The position numbers were made by a program, and so were the translations under genes. Positions 10,825 through 21,367 of a stretch of 27,381 nt of DNA are shown here, piece after piece; positions within the stretch are counted from its first letter, which is position 1, and every line of letters starts with the position of its first letter. The notes under the pieces were generated by a model, which saw only the letters and a list, made by a program, of their open reading frames with translations, was not told the origin of the DNA and did not search any database. The stretch comes from Octopus sinensis (taxonomy: Eukaryota): contig NW_021833355.1 of the NCBI RefSeq assembly GCF_006345805.1, positions 1 through 27,381 on the forward strand, written 5' to 3'.

Positions 10825-11701
10825 GTAAATCAAAGTTTTCAAATAAGATTAAAGCTCGAATGGATATTTTGGTTAAATGTGAACCTATTCAACTCAAAAG
10901 CTGTAAATTGTAAAGCAATCGCTAGGGTCGGGTACGTGGTTGAACGTTGTTTATTTTGCAAATGGCAGATCTTGAGGTGCGGGAAGGAATCGTTTAGAGA
11001 GTAGTGGGAGTGAATCTCCTGTCAAGAAGACAAATAAGTGATGAAAAATTATTTATTTAACAGAAGTCAGAGGTGTGAAAAGTTTAAGAGATTCATAAGA
11101 AAAGTACAAGAAAATGGGTGGAAGTTTTACGGCAATTAAAGTGTGTAAACGGATAGGTAGTGTATGGAAGCGATAAATCTAGAAACAGTGATGTCAATAG
11201 ATGCAATGTTTAGATGTTCAGACGATGCACTGATTAGAGAGGAGGTGAAATGCTACGATGGCGATATCAGGAGAACTGATGAAAGAGCGCTGAAGAATGG
11301 TAGACAGGAAGAAATCTGATGGAATCTGAAAAGTAAAATTTGCCGAAGAAATTAAAAGAAACTTACGATTAAAAGTGAAAAGGTAAAACTGCGAAATAAA
11401 TTAGTTAATGTTTTGTTAAGATGTAATTTGGTTTCCAGGAAGACATCTTCTATCGATTTTCATGAGTGAATGATAGGAGAAAATACATATTGAAGTGATA
11501 TCAGAATGATATAGCAGAATATAGAACAAACACTCGTTTGTTATCTGAATATAAAACCTTTCGTTGGAATAATAGTGTTGAAAAGTAAGGCAGCATATTG
11601 AGACTCTTGGCAAAACAAAGAAGGATTGAAAGAAAATTATATAATAAAGGAAAGTTATGTGGATATATATATATATAATATTCTTTGTTGAGTAACATCT
11701 A

Positions 11702-11861
11702 GCTTCTTTCAGTTTCCGTCTACCAAATCCACTCACAAGGCTTTGGTCGACCTGAGGCTATAGCAGAAGACACTTGCCCAAGGTGCCACGCAGTGGGAAT
11801 GAACCCGGAACCATGTGGTTGGTTAGCAAGCTACTTACCACACAGCCACTCCTGCGCGTAT
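11702..11861 (-). mobile_element. SINE family A, 5' half only
   Basis: gcttctttcagtttccgtctacc...cacagccactcctgcgcgtat. Confidence 0.92.
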
Positions 11862-11883
11862 GGCTTCTCAACTTTGTTTCATC

Positions 11884-12204
11884 ATAGGCGCAGGAGTGGC
11901 TGTGTGGTAAGTAGCTTGCTAACCAACCACATGGTTCCGGGTTCAGTCCCACTGCGTGGCATCTTGGGCAAGTGTCTTCTGCTATAGCCTCGGGCCGACC
12001 AAAGCCTTGTGAGTGGATTTGGTAGACGGAAACTGAAAGAAGCCTGTCGTATATATATATATTAATCAGCCGAAATTGCTAAGATGATCCGGTTCCTGAC
12101 TGAAGATTAGAGGCTTCGAATGACCTGTCTTTTTTTTGTGTCGTCTCTTTGTGTAGTTTGCGTTCTTGTCCCCTTTTGTACATTTTATATATAAGTTTTA
12201 TACG

Positions 12205-12273
<69 letters not shown>

Positions 12274-12492
12274 TTGTATGTCTGTCTTTGTCCCTCTAGC
12301 ATTGCTTGACAACCGATGCTGGTGTGTTTACGTCCCCGTCACTTAGCGGTTCGGTAAAAGAGATACCGATAGAATAAGTACTGGGCTTACAAAAGAATAA
12401 GTTCCCGGGGGTCGATTTGCTCGACTAAAAGGCAGTGCTCCAGCATGGCCGCAGTCAAATGACTGAAACAAGTAAAAGAGAAGAAAGAGTAA
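11884..12492 (+). mobile_element. SINE family A, full length, with an insertion at ~12061-12204
   Basis: ataggcgcaggagtggc head through gactgaaacaagtaaaagag tail. Confidence 0.93.
12061..12204 (+). mobile_element. (TA)n-inserted retroelement end fragment; homologous copy at ~21050-21172 (minus)
   Basis: taatcagccgaaattgctaagatgatccgg...cttcgaatgacc...ttgtccccttttgta vs reverse complement of 21050-21172: taatcagccgaaattgcgaagataatctgg...cttcgaatgact...ttgtcccattttgta. Confidence 0.75.
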
Positions 12493-12664
12493 TTTTAAAG
12501 CCCACCAGTCTTTAAAGTCCATTATAATTTTCCCCAGTCGCTCTCTTTACTTTAATTACTCCACTTCCGACACTTCATTACTCATTAACGTCACTCAATC
12601 TCCCAATTAAACAATTAATCCCAATTGCTGCAATCTTCATTACGTATTTCAAATTTTCCTCTCA

Positions 12665-13070
12665 CTTTACTCTTTTACTCTTTTACTTGTTTCAGTCATT
12701 TGACTGCGGCCATGCTGGAGCACCGCCTTTAGTCGAGCAACTCGACCCCCGGGACTTATTCTTTTGTAAGCCCAGTACTTATTCTATCGGTCTCTCTTTT
12801 GCCGAACCGCTAAGTGACGGGGACATAAACACACCAGCATCGGTTGTCAAGCGATGTTGGGGAGACAAACACAGACACACAAACACACATACGCATATAT
12901 ATATATATACATATATACGACGGGCTTCTTTCAGTTTCCGTCTACCAAATCCACTCACAAGGCTTTGGTCGGCCCGAGGCTATAGTAGAAGACACTTGCC
13001 CAAGGTGCCACGCAGTGGGACTGAACCCGGAACCATGTGGTTGGTAAACAAGCTACTTACCACACAGCCA
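12665..13070 (-). mobile_element. SINE family A, near full length
   Basis: Colinear match to other A copies. Confidence 0.93.
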
Positions 13071-13365
13071 GTACTTTCTTATTTTCTCTTGCTTGCCATC
13101 AGAATTAATCTCACTAGGACATGCCGTGTTTTTATTTAAATAACTGGTCTTCTACCAGTGATGTACTGGTTTAAATTAATTTAATTAATTAAATATGGTT
13201 ACTGAATTAAATGCGGCTGCTTCATGAAGTGTTGTAAATTGTTTAACTGTGAACTCTCTGTTAACTGTGATCAGTCAATACTGTTTTATAAACTACTTTA
13301 ACAGGAATGAGTTGTTACATAACCGCTACTAATCGAAATTTTAACTCACTATATTACACGAGTCA

Positions 13366-13597
13366 AGTCGGCGAGCTGGCAGAAACGTTAGCACGCCGGG
13401 CGAAATGCGTAGCCGTATTTCGTCTGTCGTTACGTTCCGAGTTCAAATTCCGCCGAGGTCGACTTTGCCTTTCATCCTTTCGGGGTCGATAAATTAAGTA
13501 CCAGTTACGCACTGGGGTCGATGTAATCGACTTAATCCATTTGTCTGTCCTTGTTTGTCCCCTCTGTGTTTAGCCCCTTGTGGGTAGTAAAGAAATA
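13366..13597 (+). mobile_element. SINE family B monomer (tRNA-like head + one unit)
   Basis: 16-bp TSD tatattacacgagtca (13350-13365) / tatattacatgagtca (13598-13613); B-box-like GAGTTCAAATTCC. Confidence 0.95.
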
Positions 13598-13654
13598 TAT
13601 ATTACATGAGTCAGATCCTAACACTTTAATTATGTAGAATTCAACCTTGAAGTA

Positions 13655-14071
13655 GGATCTTTTCGGTTTGAACGGCAGTTTTTAAAAATAATTTCCACGT
13701 AACTAAACACTTTTAAACTTCGTATACTGGTAGAATGTGTTTATAAAACATCTTTTTCTCTTGGCTTTATTGAGAAAATTCTATGGTTTGTAAGACATTT
13801 GTTGTTTTTTTCCTTCAATTTCTGCAATTTCAACCAATCAATGACGTCTATTGAGGTAAAAAAAAAAAAACATTCTGTGCCGTATGAATATGTCCCTCGT
13901 TTAAGAAACAGATTGGGTTTATTTACATTTGTGAAGAAAAAAAGATACCCTTCCCCCCACCCCTAACCCTAACCCTAAAACAGATTGAAATGCAATACTA
14001 GGGTCATAATTATGGGTGACAATTTCATATGACACCGCTAGAAAAAACTGCCGTTCAAACCGAAAAGACCC
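13655..14071. mobile_element. Non-autonomous TIR DNA transposon (MITE), possibly Merlin-like
   Basis: 29-bp TIRs ggatcttttcggtttgaacggcagttttt / aaaaactgccgttcaaaccgaaaagaccc (1 mismatch); 8-bp TSD ttgaagta at 13647-13654 and 14072-14079. GG termini plus an 8-bp TSD suggest Merlin (inference). Confidence 0.92.
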
Positions 14072-14501
14072 TTGAAGTATTCAGCTAAGGCTATATATTT
14101 TCCATATTCATAAGCACTATACTTTCTTTATTTCTGCGTATATAACTTGATGACGTTTAGTCATGCCAAATGAGAAGAATATACTTCACTAAAGAGATCC
14201 AATAAGACCGAAACGTCTGTTACTTTCATCAATCTACCACTTCAATCTGCCATAGTCTGCTTCGTCGAAAATTATTAATCAACACATCTTTTTGGAGTTA
14301 TCTCCCTTCTTTTCATTAAATATCTTAAAAATCCCTAGAGGGTGTTTTATCTGCTAATTGCTTGATCTTTCAACGTTACTTTACAAGTATTTAGTATGCA
14401 GAATGCTCCCCTGGGGTATGTTCCTATAGAGTTAAACTGTTATCAGACGGCCAATTATGAATTCAATAAATTGTGAATATTCAGCAGTGTATATCATCCA
14501 A

Positions 14502-14744
14502 TCTTTTGAGAGAGCACGTATCCAGCATGAAGAACTTAAGCGAGCTGCGCGAAAGCGCACGGCTCGTATAGTGAATGGGGAAAGCTTGATCTGCAATGTT
14601 TGCAGTCGTGTATGCTTGTCAAGAGCAGGGCTCATTAGCCACCAACGGAGTCGCAAATGCAAAATATAAGTTAGTCCTAGAGCGCACAATGTTCTTGAAG
14701 GTCGGCAATGGTCTTCCTCGGTCACGAGTGGACGGCCATCATCG
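14502..14744 (+). mobile_element. 5'-truncated RTE-clade LINE 3' end
   Basis: FERARIQHEELKRAARK...CNVCSRVCLSRAGLISHQR is an RTE-type C-terminal zinc finger; short 3' UTR ending ccatcatc; 10-bp TSD tatcatccaa at 14492-14501 and 14745-14754. Confidence 0.85.
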
Positions 14745-14949
14745 TATCATCCAAACTCCTACAACAATCTCTTCTCGTTCAGTGTTTATTTAGAAAGAGG
14801 AATATGAAGTTATGGAGATGATCAAGCCCCATTCACTTTCGTGTCTCCGAGTATAGGTACCGGAGAATGTGTGTAGCCATTGTTGAGTTGCTTGAAGGTC
14901 TTTGCACAGACGTATGCAAACAAAAGAAGTGATTGACATTATTTTTCTA

Positions 14950-15521
14950 TTTACTCTTTTACTCTTTTACTTGTTTCAGTCATTTGACTGCGGCTATGCT
15001 GGAGCACCGCCTTTTTGTCGAGCAAATCGACCCCAGGAACTTATTCTTTGTATGAGAGGTGGTAGTCAGTTTCCGCCTACCAAATCCATTCACAAGGCTT
15101 TGGTCGGCCCGAGGTTAAAGTAGAAGACACATGCCCAAGGTGCTACGCAGTGGGACTGAACCCGGAACCAGGTGGTTGGTAAGCAAGCTACTTACCACAC
15201 AGCCACTCCTGTGCCTATTCTTTGTAAGCCTAGTACTTATTCTATCAGTCTCTTTTGCCGAACCGCTAAGTTACAGGGACATAAACACACCAACATCAGT
15301 TGTCAAGCGATGTTGGGGGAACAAACACAGACACATAAACATATACACACACATACATATACATATATACGACGGGCTTCTTTCAGTTTCCGTCTACCAA
15401 ATCCACTCACAAGGCTTTGGTCGGCCCGAGGCTATAGTAGAAGACACATGCTCTAGGTGCCATGCAGTGGGACTGAACCCGGAACCATGTGATTGGCAAG
15501 CAAGCTACTTACCACACAGCC
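14950..15521 (-). mobile_element. Rearranged SINE A composite: tail piece (14950-15052), head piece (15066-15218), body+head (15217-15521)
   Basis: tattctttgta occurs at the end of the first piece and the start of the third, consistent with one A fragment nested in another. Confidence 0.85.
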
Positions 15522-15921
15522 GTATATATAAACTTCGCTTTTATTACCCCACAGGTAGCGAAACTATACTGTTATGTTTTTGAAAATCAGTCAGCCAATC
15601 AAATTTAATTGCTTTTTCGTTGAATTGTATTACATCATATCATATTGTATTACACGAAACATCCCAATTTTTATTTTAATATGATCACAACTGTCCGATG
15701 AATGGTAACGTGAAACTAAGTAACAGTTTGTGAAAATTTTTTTCGGCTTTAATAAAAGCATTGTGCTCTACCTTCGGTATAAGAGTATTATTTTTTCTAC
15801 CTTGTTTTGCATCTATCTATCTACTCGTGTATATATATATAAACCTCTGTTGATTTACCAAGTGATAAATTAGAGGACCCAGTAAAAGTGCGGAGAATTT
15901 TATATGCTATATACATTATAT

Positions 15922-16217
15922 GTGGAGGCGCAATGGCCCAGTGGTTAGGGCAGCGGACTCGCAGTCGTAGGATCGCGGTTTCGATTCCCAGATCGGGCTT
16001 TGTGTGTGTTTATTGAGCAAAAACACCTAAAAGCTCCACGAGGCTCCGGCAAGAGTGGAGGTGATCCCTGCTGTACTCTTTCACCACTCTTTCTCTCTTT
16101 CTTCTGTTGGCCTGCCCGCTTAGCCAGCGGGGTGGCGTCGTTCGAAGGCTAAAACAATGCGAAGCGCATTGTGACCAGCGATGTGTAGCAACATCTGATG
16201 GTCTGGTCGGTCACGTG
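15922..16217 (+). mobile_element. tRNA-derived SINE family C, short-tail form (possibly octopus OR2-type)
   Basis: A box TGGCCCAGTGG, B-box-like GTTTCGATTCC; 13-bp TSD atatacattatat (15909-15921 / 16218-16230). Family name from memory. Confidence 0.92.
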
Positions 16218-16248
16218 ATATACATTATATACCTGATATACTTAATTG

Positions 16249-16518
16249 GTGAAGGCGCATGGCTCAGTGGTTAGAGCGTAAGCTCAAAACCATAAGTAGC
16301 GTGTTCGATTCCTGGACCGGGCTGTGTTCGTGAGGAAGATATTTTATTTCACGTTGCTCCAGTTCACTTAGCTGTAGAAATGAGTTGCGACATCACTGGT
16401 GCCAAGCTGTATTGGCCCTTGCCTTTCTCTGGGATAACATCGGTGGCATGGAGAGGGGAGGCTGGTATGCATGGGCGACTACTGGTCTTCCATAAAACAA
16501 CCTTTCTCGGACTTGCGG
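16249..16518 (+). mobile_element. Older tRNA-derived SINE (family D) with a CORE-like central domain
   Basis: A box TGGCTCAGTGG, B box GTTCGATTCC, then ttatttcacgttgctccagttcacttagctgtagaaatgag resembling the CORE-SINE domain. Confidence 0.7.
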
Positions 16519-16535
16519 TGCTTTTTTTTTCTCAG

Positions 16536-16975
16536 ATAGGCGCAGGAGTGGCTGTGTGGTAAGTAGCTTGCTTACCAACCACATGGTTCTGGGTTCAGTC
16601 CCATTGCGTGGCACCTTGGGCAACTGTCTTCTACTATAGCCTCGGGCCGACCAAAGCCTTGTGAGTGGATTTGGTAGACGGAAACTGGAAGAAGCCCGTC
16701 GTATATATGTATGTATATATATATGTATGTGTGTGTAAATGTTTGTGTGTCTGTGTTTGTCCCTCTAGCATTGCTTGACAACCGATACTGGTGTGTTTAC
16801 GTCCCTGTCACTTAGTGGGTCGGCAAAATAGACCGATAAAATTAGTACTGGGCTTACAAAGAATAAGTCCTGGGGTCGATTTGCTCGACTAAAGGTGGTG
16901 CTCCAGCATGGCCGCAGTCAAATGACTGAAACAAGTAAAAGAGTAAAGAGTAAAAGAGTAAAGAGTAAAAGAGTA
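16536..16975 (+). mobile_element. SINE family A, full length, with an extended (GAGTAAA/GAGTAAAA)n tail
   Basis: Complete head-to-tail match. Confidence 0.94.
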
Positions 16976-17230
16976 TAACACTCAGGCCAACTAAAACCTT
17001 GTGCGTGGATTCTGCACGCACGCTGTCATATCACAATAAAATCTCTTAACGAAACATTATAGCGATACCATATAATTCATTCGTCTAGCTTTTTTTTTTG
17101 CTTTTTTTCGTTTGCTTGTCTGTGTGATTTCGTTTTTTATATAATTAATGTAATTAACAGTCTTTTAATAACTTCTTATTGAGAAAATTCGACCGAAATA
17201 GAAACAGTGCTTTCTATCTACTTTCTAATA

Positions 17231-17808
17231 CTTGTGGGTAGTAAAGAAATAGGTATTTCATCCGTCTTTACGTTCTGATTTCAAATTCCGCCGAGGTCGA
17301 CCTTGCCTTTCATTCTTTCGGGGCCGATTAAATAAGTACCAGTTATGCACTGGAGTCGATGTAATCGACTTAATCCGTTCGTCTGTCCTTGTTTGTCCCC
17401 TCTGTGTTTAGCCCCTTGTGGGTAGTAAAGAAATAGGTATTTCATCTGTCTTTACGTTCTGAGTTCAAATTCCGCTGAGGTCGACTTTGCCTTTCATTCT
17501 TTCGGGGCCGATTAAATAAGTACCAGTTATGCACTGGAGTCGATGTAATCGACTTAATCCGTTCGTCTGTCCTTGTTTGTCCCCTCTGTGTTTAGCCCCT
17601 TGTGGGTAGTAAAGAAATAGATATTTCGTCTGCCGTTACGTTTTGAGTTCAAATTCCGCCGTGGTCGACTTTACCTTTCATCCTTTCGGGGGTCGATCAA
17701 ATAAGTACCAGTTGCGCACTGGGGTCGATATAATCGACTTAATCCGTTTGTCTGTCCTTGTTTGTCCTCTCTGTGTTTAGCCCCTTGTGGGCAATAAAGA
17801 AAGAAATA
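17231..17808 (+). mobile_element. SINE family B: headless array (tail stub + 3 x 184-bp units)
   Basis: aaatag junction anchors at 17247, 17431, 17615 (period 184). Confidence 0.92.
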
Positions 17809-18018
17809 TGTGCATTGTACATTAGCTCACTCTATCCATCAAATCGAAGTTACCTGAACAGGTGCATGGTATATAATATCACGTGTCAGGTGTTGAAGTG
17901 ATCGCAGAGCAACACGTGATGAAGTGTTTTGCTAAAAAAAAAAACGTATAACCCGGTCAAGGAATTGAAATCATGATCGTGAGAGCAACTCCCTAATCAC
18001 TAGGCCATGCGTCCTCAC
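17809..18018 (-). mobile_element. tRNA-derived SINE family E (diverged)
   Basis: Reverse complement gtgaggacgcatggcctagtgattaggg...ctctcacgatc...tttcaattcc...ctgttcagg...agagtgagctaatg is homologous to 26700-26955. Confidence 0.75.
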
Positions 18019-18028
18019 TAGATCTTTA

Positions 18029-18860
18029 GATGTGATATATCTCGACTTAGCCAAGGTCTTCGATAAAATTGATCACGGAGTGATATGACACAGACTGTTT
18101 GACCTTAGTTTCATTGGAAGTCTACAGGAATGGCTGCGAGACATTTTTTAAGAGATAAAAAACAGGAGTCAGACAGTCGCGCCCAATGGTGTTCTCTGAG
18201 AAGAAATACCAATTCAAAGCGGAACCCCTCGGAGAACCGCACTGTAACCGTCTATGTTCGCAGCGGCTCCCTTAGATATACCCTTAGCCATACAGTCAAC
18301 CATTCTCACCAGCTACACTGACGATGCAAAAATTTAAGAGGCGCAGGAGTGGCTGTGAGGTAAGTAGCTTGCTAACCAACCACATGGTTCCAGGTTCAGT
18401 CCCACTGCGTGGCATCGTGTGCAAGTGTCTTCTACTATAGCCCCGGGCCGACCAAAGCCTTGTGAGTGGATTTGGTAGACGGAAACTAAAAGAAGCCGGT
18501 CGTATATATGTATATATATATGTGTGTATGTATGTGTGTGTGTTTGTGTGTCTGTGTTTGTCCCCCTAGCATTGCTTGACAACCGATGCTGGTGTGTTTA
18601 CGTCCCCGTCACTTAGCGGTTCGGCAAATGAGACCGATAGAATAAGTACTGGGCTTACAAAAAGAATAAGTCCCGGGGTCGATTTGCTCGACTGAAGGCG
18701 GTGCTCCAGCATGGCCGCAGCCAAATGACGGAAACAAAGTAAAAGAGTAAAAGAGTAATCAAGAATTCTGGTGATTATGCGAAACTACAGAAAGAACTGG
18801 ACTCGTACGAGTGGATTGAAGAAAACAACACTGTACAATGCTGACATTTTTCAATTCGCT
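18029..18860 (+). pseudogene. Decayed CR1/L2-group LINE reverse transcriptase, split by SINE A
   Basis: DVIYLDLAKVFDKIDH...QSGTPRRTAL*PSMF...SYTDDAKI, then after the SINE DYAKLQKELDS..EWIEENN; matches the YLDF.KAFD, SGVPQG, YADD and LQ.DLD motifs. Confidence 0.85.
18339..18758 (+). mobile_element. SINE family A, full length
   Basis: Complete head-to-tail match; inserted just after the YTDD motif of the LINE relic. Confidence 0.94.
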
Positions 18861-18906
18861 GTCCACCCACAAACTGCTATCAAATTATACAGGGTGATGA
18901 AGTATA

Positions 18907-19505
18907 TATTTCTTTATTGCCCACAAGGGGCTAAACACAGAGGGGACGAACAAGGACAGACAAACGGATTAAGTCGATTATATCGACCCCAGTGCGTAAC
19001 TGGTACTTAATTTATCGACCCCGAAAGGATGAAAGGCAAAGTCGACCTCGGCGGAATTTGAACTTCGAAGGTAACCTCAGACGAAATACCTATTTCTTTA
19101 TTACCCACAAGGGGCTAAACACAGAGGGGACAAACAAGGACAGACAAAGGGATTAAGTCGATTACATCGACCCCAGTGCGTAACTGGTACTTAATTTATC
19201 GACCCCGAAAGGATGAAAGGCAAAGTCGACCTCGGCGGAATTTGAACTTCGAAGGTAACCTCAGACGAAATACCTATTTCTTTATTACCCACAAGGGGCT
19301 AAACACAGAGGGAACAAACAAGGATAGACAAAGGGATTAAGTCGATTACATCGAACCCAGTGCGTAACTGGTACTTAATTTATCGACCCCGAAAGGATGA
19401 AAGGCAAAGTCGACCCCGGCGGAATTTGAACTTCGAACGTAACGACAGACGAAATACGGCTACGCATTTCGCCCGGCGTGCTAACGTTTCTGCCAGCTCG
19501 CCGCC
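18907..19505 (-). mobile_element. SINE family B: head + 3 tandem 184-bp units
   Basis: Units start at 18907, 19091, 19275; head ends ...gccagctcgccgcc. Confidence 0.93.
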
Positions 19506-19591
19506 TTAGCAAATCCGGATGTACGATCAGGGGCCCTGGGAATCCACATCACAAATAATGTATCATTCCGTGCGCTTATAACTAAGATAGC

Positions 19592-19979
19592 GGAGGCGCA
19601 ATGGCCCAGTGGTTAGGGCAGCGGACTCGCGGTCGTAGGATCGCGGTTTCGATTCCCAGACCGGGCGTTGTGAGTGTTTATTGAGCGAAAACACCTGAAA
19701 GCTCCACGACGCTCCGGCAGGGGATGGTGGTGATCCCTGCTGTACTCTTTCACCACAACTTTCTCTCACTCTTACTTCCTGTTTCTGTTGTACCTGTATT
19801 TCAAAGGGCCGGCCTTGTCACTCTCTGTTTCACGCTGAATATCCCCGAGAACTACGTTAAGGGTGCACGTGTCTGTGGAGTGCGCAGCCACTTACACGTT
19901 AATTTCACGAGCAGGCTGTTCCGTTGATCGGATCAACCGGAACCCTCGTCGTCGTAATCGACGGAGTGCTTAAGGAAGG
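19592..19979 (+). mobile_element. tRNA-derived SINE family C, long-tail form (possibly octopus OR1-type)
   Basis: Same head as 15922; 12-bp TSD aactaagatagc (19580-19591 / 19980-19991). Confidence 0.93.
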
Positions 19980-20354
19980 AACTAAGATAGCATCGTCCAT
20001 TCGTCTTCCCTTATTCACTCTTTTTCTACTTTTTTTTTTCACCTCCGGCTTCTATCTTTTTTCACTTTTTCGTCATCGTAGTCGCGAACCAACACCCAGA
20101 CACCCAGCCATCCACTCTCCCTTCATGCCATTCCTATCGACTAACTAGTCGGTGTGATATGAGAACGATGAGTCAGTGATCAGAAGTTCAAACCCAGATA
20201 ACAACTGGCTGCATGTTGTTCACGTAAATATAACTCGGCAGATAAACAGTCGTTGATTGATTCACACAAATAGACGGGTCGTGTGCACGCGAGTGAGTAC
20301 TGTATATGGATATACACACTCACTCATACACACATACATACATACATACATACA

Positions 20355-20385
<31 letters not shown>

Positions 20386-20459
20386 GTATATGCATTCATG
20401 TATGTATATATATATATATATATAAAATAATACATATACATATAAATACACACAGTATG

Positions 20460-20490
<31 letters not shown>

Positions 20491-20660
20491 TGTGGTGTGT
20501 GTGTTGTGTATATAAGTAAATACACAAACACAAACACACCACACACACACACATATATATGTATATCAATGATAATTAAGGGTAAAATTAATTAATCAAT
20601 TAATAATTAATAATTTTACCAAGTAGTTCGGTATTTTAAAAGAACCATTATCGGTAAATT

Positions 20661-20894
20661 TATGCAAAAATTTTATAATTACAAGCATAATTATAATTAG
20701 GGTTCATCAAAATTGCTTCACCACATACCGAAGTTTAGAAATACCAGTTAAATACTATTCCACTACCATAAGATATCTCCCAGACAGGTAGTGGAATAGT
20801 ATTTAACTGCTATTTCTAAACTTCGGTACGTGTTGAAGCAATTTTTGCTGAACCTTAATTATAATTATGCTTATAATTATAAAATTTTTGTATA
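20661..20894. repeat. AT-rich long inverted repeat (arms 20661-20767 and 20787-20894; 19-nt spacer)
   Basis: About 107-bp arms with ~8 differences by manual comparison; embedded in (CA)/(TA) microsatellite. Confidence 0.92.
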
Positions 20895-20997
20895 CACACA
20901 CACACAAACACACAAACAAACACAACACACACACACCACACACACAACACACACACCCATACACACACACACACACCCACACACCACACACATACAC

Positions 20998-21042
<45 letters not shown>

Positions 21043-21049
21043 ATATATA

Positions 21050-21172
21050 AATACAAAATGGGACAACGAAACATCGAGATAGACGATACAAAGAAAACAA
21101 GGACGAGTCATTCGAAGTTTTCTTTCCTCAGACAAGTACCAGATTATCTTCGCAATTTCGGCTGATTATACT
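21050..21172 (-). mobile_element. (TA)n-inserted element fragment homologous to 12061-12204
   Basis: See 12061 entry; (TA)n on both sides. Confidence 0.75.
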
Positions 21173-21206
<34 letters not shown>

Positions 21207-21367
21207 TGACTAAAGTTATATTCTAGGATTGAGAGTTTCGTGCGTTAGCATTCATAACTAAATTCTAGGCCCTTGAGTCTCTGTGTTGCTTCTGCATTAG
21301 TTTGATAAGTGCTAACGCATATAACTTACGTCATAGATATGAATTGTATGGAGCTGTTTTGTATATA

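Noticed and set aside
10905-11690. Purine-skewed unique stretch, possibly an old retroelement
   Set aside because: No interpretable motif by manual translation; cannot be assigned without a search.
13961-13978. Telomere
   Set aside because: Only three units, internal to a MITE.
15924-16000. tRNA genes here and at 16255, 19594, 13367
   Set aside because: The A/B boxes belong to SINE heads that continue into repeat bodies, three of them with TSDs; no canonical cloverleaf.
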